NCBI RefSeq assembly: GCF_006345805.1
Contig: NC_043010.1
Coordinates: 59,582,001-59,646,000 of the forward strand
Source: Octopus sinensis
Lineage: Eukaryota
Direction: 5' to 3'
Length of the DNA: 64,000 nucleotides
The position numbers were made by a program, and so were the translations under genes. The notes under the pieces were generated by a model. The model made no database searches, was not told the origin of the DNA, and saw only the letters and a list, made by a program, of their open reading frames with translations. Shown in pieces: positions 1-9,860 of this stretch (position 1 is its first letter; each line of letters starts with the position of its first letter).

Positions 1-19
1 TAATATTTCCTTATTAGTT

Positions 20-215
20 AAGGTGGCAAGCTGGCAGAATCATTAGCATGCTGGGCAAAATGCTTAGCAGCATTTCATCCATCTTTACATCCTGAGTTCA
101 AATTCCACCTAGGTCGACTTTGCATTTCATCCTTTTGGGGTCGATAAAATAATTACTAAAGGGTCAATGTAAATGACTTGCCCCTCCCCTGAACTTGTGC
201 CGAAATTTGAAACCA
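20..215 (+). mobile_element. tRNA-derived SINE, family A
   Basis: Head 'gctggcagaatcattagca...gagttcaaattcc' (B-box-like) and core 'gactttgcatttcatccttttggggtcgataaaataa' recur at ~26300-26515 (-), ~29831-30040 and ~48503-48720. Confidence 0.75.
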
Positions 216-854
216 ATATTTCCTTATTGGTCATTGTTATAAGTTAGTTATTACCTTATTTTACTACCATTTTCTCATTGAGTCTCCTACTCCACAAGTA
301 ACTTTCACAGGGAGATAATTCACTTGTAATCATCGAGATAAAAACCTTTCAAGTCTCTCTGTTTTGTTACCTATAATTCAACATACAAATTTCTCTGAAT
401 CATCTAGTTATATTTAGAGATATTTCACTTTTAAAATGTGAGAAATAGCTTTGAACATATCAGTGAGTCATTTACTTAAACATAGATCCAAATTTTATCT
501 TTCCTATGCTCTTTAATAGTTTTGTGAATAAAATATCAACGACGTGAATTATCACAGGTAATTGTTGAAGTTTATTGCAGAAATATCTGTCCAAAGTATT
601 AAGGAAACATTCATATATTACCTAGTTATTTATATTTCATAAAACTATTTTAAAACTATTTATACTGTACCTGAGCACTGTGTACAATAATTACATTATT
701 ATTGTTATTTTACCTGGATGGATGTGGCATGATGAATTTTTCCAACTTGGTACTTTTATGACCAGTTGGATGTTGATTAATGAGTGTACTGGAAGATTTC
801 AACAAGACATTGAAAGAAATTAAACGTTCCTGGCAGAGCTAAACTTGTTGTCAA

Positions 855-972
855 TCTCCTGGCCATATATTACTGAAAACACTGGTTCTTGTCTGATCAT
901 TGAAGTTAAACAAAATCAATCTTGATTAGTAATTAGGTAGGAGATGATTTGGGAAACTTAGGTGCCTTAAGC
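855..972 (+). pseudogene. 5S rRNA pseudogene or 5S-derived SINE head
   Basis: 'ggccata...tgaaaacactggttcttgtctgatcattgaagttaaacaa...ttagta...ggaga...tgggaa...ggtgc' follows the invertebrate 5S sequence along its length, with many CpG-type changes. Confidence 0.75.
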
Positions 973-1659
973 CACAAAGAAAGACAGAAAGTAGTGTGTA
1001 TGTAGTCCCATGATTTGCTACAAACAATTGCTGCATCTCCCTCAAATAACACCTTAAAATATGGTAAAATTGTTAGATAATGTAGCCCTCAATATATACT
1101 TTTCCTAAATATTTCATTGAATTTCTCTATATAGTTAGAAATATGAATTTATGTATTGATTTATGGATTTGTTATTGTATCTGTATAATAACATCAGGTG
1201 TTTCCACGAATGATAATCATCTAATATTCTACCATTGACGGAGCAGAACAAAATCATCGAAATATAATGTGATTAGATAATATTTCATGTGATCACATAT
1301 TTCACATGACTGACCAGATTATCGATTGTTGTTACACATCCCTGATCACAATGTGCTTTGTGTTGTTTTAGCCTTCAAGTGATGCCACCCTGCTGATTGA
1401 AAGCAGACTGGAGCAATATGAAATGAAGTGTTTTACTCAAGAACACAACTTGCTACCCAGTTAGGGAATTAAGCCTATGATGTAAGGCCACATACCTAGT
1501 GGTTAGGGTATAGTAAACCTAAAATAAAAATACATTTTAGTTCTGTGTGAGGAATTTGTATGATAAATTATTATAAATTGAAGGGACTGGCATTTTCTAC
1601 TCAAATGCAACACATATCTGACACAAGATCTTCTCTTCCAATACTCCCTTCCCTCTAAA

Positions 1660-1962
1660 ATTCCTTGTCTTGCAAGATGCTTGGTGACCCTGCTGGTGCT
1701 GGTACCATGTAAAAAGCATCTAGACCACACTGTAAAGTGGTTGGCATTTGGAAGGACATCCAGCTGTAAAAATCAAGCTGAAACTGACCTTACCTGTGCT
1801 AGTGCCGCCTGAAAAGCATTGAGTCCACTCTGAAGAATGGTTGGTGCTAGGAAGGGCATGCAGACACAGCAACCTGGGTTAGTCTTCTACCTGGCCAGCT
1901 TGTCAACCATCCTACCCATGCATGCATGGAAGACAGACATTAAACAATAATGATGATGATGA
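1660..1962 (+). mobile_element. SINE-like repeat, family B (gat-repeat tail)
   Basis: 'ctgtaaagtggttggc...ggaagggcatccagctgta...catgcatggaa...gacattaaa...(gat)n'; related copies at ~10700-10880, ~29130-29420, ~37140-37350 (-), ~45830-46050 and ~57690-57770. Confidence 0.65.
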
Positions 1963-1965
1963 TGG

Positions 1966-2000
<35 letters not shown>

Positions 2001-2021
2001 GCTTGTGTATGTGTGTTTCAG

Positions 2022-2143
2022 GAATCTATGGTGGTGCCCCACCCGATGTATCAAGCACCAGTGAGAGAGACCATTACCAAGACAGATATGTGAAACCTCC
2101 AGAGAGACAGTTACCTTCAACACCAGATGTTGTTGTCAGTTAA
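2022..2143 (+). CDS. Protocadherin unit 0, last coding exon (rest of gene upstream of window)
   Basis: tttcag acceptor, then (G)IYGGAPPDVSSTSERDHYQDRYVKPPERQLPSTPDVVVS*, the same exon as exon 4 of units 1-6. Confidence 0.9.
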
Positions 2144-2334
2144 GTGAGGCTGAGAAAGGAACACAACAGAAATAATATCACCTTCAACATTCACACAACA
2201 TTTAAAACAACAGAAATATTACAAATATAAATTATATAATAAATAATGTTACATATTAATAATTGCAGAAAATGTATTTTACTTAATTTACATAACAAAA
2301 AATCTTTAAATCCTGTATGGAAATGTTAGTTTAG

Positions 2335-2830
2335 AATTAGGTCAAACACAGTAACTATTACTGTCAATATTGTATTTACATTTTAAATTACACACACATT
2401 AACAACATCAGCCATATTTTGTTAATATAACCTCTCTGTTCTAAGGATTTCTATGTCAGTCTCTCTCCACATCAGACATGTTGGTGTTATATAGACTTAT
2501 CATGGCTGACTGTTTGTGGAGCTGATTGTGTGTGTTCTCTCACTACTCTGTCTTTTCTGTGAGGGGAAACATAACATCTAATCTGAGTGAGGCTGGAGTA
2601 AGCATCACCCATCTCTCACTTATGCACACACACACACACATTAAACATCACACATCCACAAAGGAAGACTGAGAGGGAACTGCTGGTTCCCACTGACTCA
2701 CCACCAACACTATTCCATCAACATGAAGCCATTGTCACACCATAGCAGCAGTGACACAGACAACCATTAACAACAGAACATTGGGACCAAGTCACAGTTT
2801 ATACAACAAAGGATTTTACACACAATGAAG
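2335..2830 (+). promoter_or_regulatory. Conserved promoter and non-coding exon 1 of unit 1
   Basis: Block repeated upstream of every unit, from AATTAGGTCA to the donor AAG|gtaagt (2830/2831). The TSS cannot be located from sequence. Confidence 0.8.
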
Positions 2831-3284
2831 GTAAGTTTATTGTTCAATATTATTTATTCAAATTACATGAAATAATGATTTCATGTTTGCTTGTATTGTA
2901 GCCTCAAAATGTAATATTCTGTTGGTGGCCATATTAGATTTGCATTAGTTCTCATTCATTGTCCTCTTTACCAACATGGCTATTAAAATATTTTGCAAGA
3001 AAAAATATAGTAAAAGAAGAAAAGAATATTCAATTCTTGCTGTATACACTGTTCAAAATATTTGCTATCATTTTTGATGTATTCACAATAATTATTTTGC
3101 GTATCATATTATAGTTTTACCTAATCACCCAGTCTGACATTGTATGGTTTAAGGGCTTAGTAAATATTGAATAAAGATATCAGTGAATTATATATACCCG
3201 TCTAGGTTTTATTTTACATCCGTATTATCTAACTAGAAGTAAATAGATCGTGAAGTATAATATTTTGATAATGGTGTCTGTTAT

Positions 3285-3308
3285 ACACACGCCACACACA
3301 CGCACAAA

Positions 3309-3393
<85 letters not shown>

Positions 3394-3398
3394 TCACA
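3285..3398. repeat. (CA)n microsatellite
   Basis: Long, slightly interrupted CA run. Confidence 0.95.
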
Positions 3399-5621
3399 TA
3401 GTGTAAGTATAGTGTTCTACATAGAGCTATCTCAACATTATATACTCTATAATAAATATCTTTAAATCTTTATTTTGATCTCTATGTCTATTGATGGCTT
3501 CACTTTGATGTTAAAATAATGTCTTGTTAATTTAGTTTCTGTGAACTTACAGATATAACTGATACTCATTTACAGAAATTTGTCTTAAAAAAATTACTTT
3601 TCTGGCTAATTGTGTAGAAATATTTTCATCAAAATAGGTTAGCAAAGCTATAAGCGATCTGTGATTTTGACAAATGTTTAAAGAATATTGATTTCTTGTC
3701 ACCTGCGACATATTCAGTCTCAAGTCCCTATATGTTGTCACACATTTTCTTTTTTAACACCAATGGATTCTCTATGCAAACAAAATTATGGTTTGATCAT
3801 TTGCTTCAATGCACTTGGTTATGGTTCTGTTGGGTCAAAGCTGACACAGGGCTAAACAACAAAAAATTTGTAAATCTTCATTTAACAATTAAACACAATT
3901 AAACTAATTATGCTGTCACTTATTATTTGATTCATATTTCAAAATAAGTAATTAGAAACAAATTCATCAAGAATTTTGTTTTTAAATTATTTATTTTATT
4001 TCCACTCTCATCTGTAGGAAACAAAGGCAGTTTTATTAACCATGTGACTTTATTTAAAATTATCTTGATATTTAAAGGAAAATATTCTGCTATTTTTAAG
4101 GTATTCAGCTAAATATTGCCTCAGTATTATGTATTGAAGTAATGGTATACAAACAGAAATAAACTGGTTCACTGTCTTTTTTTAATGTTATTTTGATGAT
4201 AATTTTATTTAATGTGTGAGTCAGTTAATGAGTAATAATGATTTACCGCCTGTTTAAGGTGACAAGCGAAATATTAAAATAATTAATTCATCTAGAATAG
4301 CATATATTATTTATGGGACAATACTGTTTGAACTGAAAATGTTTTACAATATCAAATGGTATTTAGTTTAGAATATAAATCTGAATTTATTTATTGTGTC
4401 AAGTCAATATACACATAGAGACTGTCATTTCTATTTCATGTGGGGGAAAGGCAGTAATTTGATCAAGTTTTTAGTGTTGGGTAGAATACCTTGTGGTATT
4501 TGTTTCTATTTTGTGTCTTCTGAATTCAAGTTCCACTGAGGTCAATTTTGCTTTTTATCCATCCAGTCCTTGGGCATGAATTGGCAAACTTGTAAGAGCA
4601 GTGGACAAAATGCCCTGCATATCAGTTTTGACTCCGTACATACTGTTACTGAAAAATAGATAAATAAATAAACAGTGATTCGTCTGTCAAGAGTGATGAA
4701 TGACAGATAGTACGAGCAATTAGAAAAACCATTGGAAACTCTGCTTGGTTCAGTGAGAAGATTGACTGCTACCACTGCCAATACTTGAGTAACTTTTACA
4801 GCTGTTCATGATCAAGGGAGATCACTCAAAATGTCCTCCTGATTTCCTATTGAATCATGATTATATTTTTTATTTCTCATGTAAAATACAGAAAAATGTC
4901 AAGTAATTTAATCTGCTCTCATTTGGCTGTTAACATGCTCATCTTACTTATCTAACGCAAGACTATATTTATGTTATGTGATGTTTTCAAACTATTTATT
5001 TGAAAATATGTGTCACTTTTAGTCCAAAAATCATAAAAGATATTCCTGGGAGCCTTAAAATCTTTGAACAGTAAACCAAAATATAAATATTAAATTGGGC
5101 TGTGAATGCCAGACTCGGTTTTTGTTCATTGCTGATGAAGCAAAAAGACTGAGGAATGTCTAGGAAAAGAATTTTAGATGGTGTCCTCATCTCTGAAGGC
5201 ACTTGAACGTGTTAAATATGGTTTTTCACAAATATATTTTATATAAAGCTGCTTTGCGTGACATTGTATATTTTGTAAATATCTAGTTTTTCCCAAGCAG
5301 CAGCTTGAATGGATGTAAAACTATTTGAGATTAGTCCAAGCAGTGTTTCATATTGTATTCCATATAAATATATATATATGTACTCCAATTATACAAAATT
5401 AGGGTTAATTAAAAGAAATTATAGAATTAGCTATTTTCTTCTTAAATAACTATTACAATACAAAAAACTGTGTTATTGTACAGTCTTGTTTACATAGAGA
5501 AGAAAATGAAAGTAAGACTTAGTATAGCAGAATCTATTAATATACTAAACTTGTTTCTATTTCAGACTGAATATTTGAAGTCATCTTCCCTCTTGATACT
5601 GTATTAACACCAAGTCCAGAG

Positions 5622-7979
5622 ATGTTGTTACACCTGTGTGTTCTACTAACTTTATTCCACTGTTATCTAAGTGAAGATATCACATACCATGTTGAAGAAG
5701 AGAATGGTCCCTATACATATATAGGGGACATTGCTACTGACTTACAGAAATCAGACAGCTCCTTCCTAAAGAATAAAGATTTAATTACATTTAGTCAACT
5801 GCAACAAAAGGGAGAACAGGTGTTCAATGTGACGAGAACAGGTAAACTGTACACTGTTGAGACATTGGATGCTGAGTCTGTGTGTAGTTATGAGAAAGAA
5901 TGTTTTGAAATCGTTAAAGTTGCTGTTCACAAATCCAAGACATTTATGAAGATCTTAAAGATTAAAGTCATAATAGAAGACATCAATGACCACCAACCTG
6001 AGTTTCCTCAGAAAGAAATCACTTTGCAGTTTGAGGAAGGAGATGGTAAAGGTATGAAAAAAGCCATACCTAATGCTGTTGATAAAGATGTTGGACATCA
6101 GAACAGGCTGATTAAATATAGATTAAAAGATGGTTTTGGTCATTTTTCTTTATCTCAATCAAAATTAGCTGATGAAATATCAACATTAGGAATAATTTTA
6201 CAAGATAAATTAGACAGAGAAACGAAAGACAGCTACAATATTGAAGTCATTGCTAAAGATGGGGGAACTCCACCAAAACAATCTGTTTTAAATGTTAAAA
6301 TATCTGTAGAAGATGAAAATGATAATGCACCACAATTTTCCCAAAGTATCTACAATGTCTCTATTGAACATAAACATAAGAAGAACATTCCAGTAGTCAC
6401 AGTATCTGCCAGTGATTTAGACATTGGCAGGAATGGTAAAATATCTTTCTATTTCAGTCAGAAAACTGATGTGAAGATGAGAAAATATTTTCACCTGAAT
6501 GAAAATACAGGAATGTTATATTTAGCTAAATCGATAGAATTTGGAAAAGAAGAGAATTTTAAATTATATGTGGAAGCCAGGGATAATGGTATTTCCCCTC
6601 TCAGTTCTCTGGCAATCATTCAAATAAATGTCATCAATGAACACAACAATCCTCCAAATATTGATGTGAACTTTATTTCTACACAGAATCACAACACAGC
6701 TACCATTCTGGAAGACATCAAAGTTGGTAGTTTCATTGCTTATGTGATGGTCACTGACAATGATGTTGGACACAATGGACAGGTGAACTGTCATATCAAA
6801 GACGACACATTCAAACTACAGTCAATGGAATCGAAGGAATATAAAATAGTTCTAAAGAAAGCAGTAGACAGAGAGACACAGGAACATTATCACTTTACTG
6901 TGTCGTGTGAAGATAAAGGATTACCTGCTCTGAAAACTGATAAAGATCTGTCAATCCAAGTGTTGGATGTGAATGATGTAGAACCACACTTTACGAAAGA
7001 CACATTCAAGTTCCTTACCTATGAGAATGACAAAGCTAATTTCCCTATTGGCTTTATCAATGCTACAGACCCAGATATTGGTAAGGGAGGTGAATTGTCT
7101 TATTCTCTGAGAAATAAACAGCAATATCGTCTGCCATTCCAGATTATCAACTCTGGCTTTATTTCAACAAACCAGTCTTTAGACAGAGAACACAGAGATT
7201 TCTATGAGTTTGAGGTTTTTGTGAAAGACAATGGAAGCCCATCTCTGAATAACACAGTGAATGTTGAAGTGGAAGTATTGGATAGAAATGATAATGCTCC
7301 ATATTTTACATTTCCTAGTGTTGACCCTTTCACTCTTAATGTCCACTATCATCCACAAAGTAAGAACGACATCACAGTTCTGAAAGCATCTGATATAGAC
7401 AGTCACATGAATGCTTTTCTCAGGTATGAAATCGTTTCAGGTAACGAGAGACAGTTATTTAAACTGGACTCTTTCACTGGTGTGTTATCTTACTCTCGCA
7501 CAGTTTACCAAAATGATGCCGGATCATATGAGCTTGAGTTTGTTGTGAAAGACAGTGGTACTCCAGTTCTGTCGGCAACAACTAGTGTGTCTTTGACACT
7601 GACTGTTAGTAACAAGACGTCACCAATGTTCACAGCTGTGCACCTACCAAGTGATAACACAATAGATGCTACATTGTTGATTATCATTGTAGTAGCAGCT
7701 GTGATAGTATCTATAGCTATTGTGGTTTCTATAACCCTGTGTATTGTGAGATGTAACAATGTGAGAAATAGCTCATCTGAAAGAACAGCAGAAGAGAAAC
7801 AGGCATACCAATGTCGCAATGAGATGAGACAGTTGATCTATCAAGGTAACAATAGTGTACCTGTGATGTCAGGTAATCGAGGAGAGATGTCGGACAGATA
7901 TGGTCATTCGAGGAGCCATTACTATCCTGAAGACTGGAAGACATCAACAATGAGCAGATCACTTCAAAAGTCTACAAAG
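5622..7979 (+). CDS. Protocadherin unit 1, exon 2 (SP, EC1-EC6, TM, proximal tail; 786 codons)
   Basis: Cadherin motifs DINDHQPEF, LDRE, AKDGG, DENDNAPQF, DVNDVEP, DRNDNAP; EC1 Cys-X5-Cys; hydrophobic TM; acceptor ttcag|5566; phase-0 donor AAG|gtaatc. Confidence 0.96.
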
Positions 7980-8319
7980 GTAATCTTTACTTGGATTTAC
8001 TATTTGTTAGTTGTTTATGTTTAATTAAGAAGTATATGACTGGAAGACATCAACAATGAACAGAACTTTACCAAAAAGCATGAAGGTGTGTGGTAATATT
8101 CTCTGTTGATAATCTTATAATTATTTACTGAATAGTGGTTTTAAATGTTAGTTATATTCTTAGTCTGTAAATTTTAGAGTTTGTTTCTTCATACTTAGTT
8201 TAAACCAATAACATCAATGATGATTGATATTATATATAATATATAATTCTTGGATTTCGTAAAATTTTATATTCTATTAAAATTGCAATGCGACATGAAA
8301 TAATTTGTTTCTCTAACAG

Positions 8320-8473
8320 CAGAAATACAGTCAACCCATTGAAGTAACATCTTATGGAGACAACAGACCATCTTCTCACTATCCCACTGACACATTGACC
8401 AGTCGTAAGAGTAGTGGACAGTGCTGGAGTGAGCGGTCAAGTAGACAGTATGAAGAAATACCAGCAATGTCAG
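8320..8473 (+). CDS. Protocadherin unit 1, exon 3 (cytoplasmic)
   Basis: aacag|CAG...TCAG|gtaaaa; QKYSQPIEVTSYGDNRPSSHYPTDTLTSRKSSGQCWSERSSRQYEEIPAMS; in frame with exons 2 and 4; conserved in six units. Confidence 0.92.
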
Positions 8474-8831
8474 GTAAAACAAATTTGTTAACATATAGTT
8501 ATTGGTGCATGTATCATTTTACCCAGTGATATATCTTGGAGTGAATTTTAAAGAAAAACTAGGATTTTGAGGAATTCCCAAATCTTGTTTCTAATTGTTG
8601 TATCAGTTCATCTAAAACTTTGCTGAATTAAATTTATAACTTGCATACAGAAATCTATTTTTATTTTGTATTTAATTGTCAAAAGGTATACTGAAGATAG
8701 TGCCTGTCTAATATACATGTTGAGATTAATTTTTTCATCATTATTTGTTTTACAGATCACCAATGTCAGTTAATAATTATTGTCTCTGTGAATTCTGTAA
8801 TAATCTTATTTGATATATGTGTGTGTTTCAG

Positions 8832-8953
8832 GAATCTATGGTGGTGCCCCACCCGATGTATCAAGCACCAGTGAGAGAGACCATTACCAAGACAGATATG
8901 TGAAACCTCCAGAGAGACAGTTACCTTCAACACCAGATGTTGTTGTCAGTTAA
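8832..8953 (+). CDS. Protocadherin unit 1, exon 4 (C-terminus)
   Basis: tttcag acceptor, phase 1, ends PDVVVS-TAA. Confidence 0.92.
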
Positions 8954-9329
8954 GTGAGGCTGAGAAAGGAACACAACAGAAATAATATCACCTTCAACAT
9001 TCACACAACATTTAAAACAACAGAAATATATTAGCTAGACAATGATATTGCCCACATATTATGCTCATGTGTGTTTACAGCTTTATATATGAGAAAATCA
9101 GTTTAGAAAATCAGTTTATAGCCCCTTATTGTTAGGCAAAAAAAAGGTAAAGGAAATACTGTAAGAAATTATAAATACATATTTTTAAAATTGAATATAT
9201 GTTGTGAAATATAAAATAATTATATTACATCTAAATTCGATGTGCGACAACTATATTATATTTTAGAAAATAGTTTACATGGCATCTTTAAATTTTCCCT
9301 TTATATTCTACATAGGAAAAATTATTTCT

Positions 9330-9860
9330 AATTAGGTCAGGCATTCACTAACTATTATTGTCAATATTGTATTTACATTTTAAATTACACACACATTAAC
9401 AACATCAGCCATATTTTGTTAATATAACCTCTCTGTTCTAAGGATTTCTATGTCAGTCTCTCTCCACATCAGACATGTTGGTGTTATATAGACTTATCAT
9501 GGCTGACTGTTAGTGGAGCTGAAAATGCCTTTTCTCTTTCTGTCTCTCTATGTGAGAGGCAATACAACATGTCTGAGTGAGGGCAGACTAAGCATCATCC
9601 ATCCTACTCCCTCTCCCTTTCACACACACATACACAAACACACACACACGCATGTATATATACTCACACACACTAAACATCACTCCTCCACAGAGGAAGA
9701 CTGAGAGGGAACTGCTGGTTCCCACTGACTCACCACCAACACTATTCCATCAACATGAAGCCATTGTCACACCATAGCAGCAGTGACACAGACAACCATT
9801 AACAACAGAACATTGGGACCAAGTCACAGTTTATACAACAAAGGATTTTACACAATGAAG
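9330..9860 (+). promoter_or_regulatory. Conserved promoter and non-coding exon 1 of unit 2
   Basis: Same block as 2335-2830, ending ATGAAG|gtaagt. Confidence 0.8.

Noticed and set aside
2335-2830. Vertebrate-type CSE (CGCT box)/CTCF site in the promoters
   Set aside because: No CGCT-containing or convincing CTCF-like motif visible by eye; the block is CpG-poor. A PWM scan would be needed to exclude it.
7179-7962. Antisense ORFs (75, 104 and ~77 aa) recurring in every unit
   Set aside because: They recur only because the sense exon is homogenised; no independent coding signal or recognisable domain.
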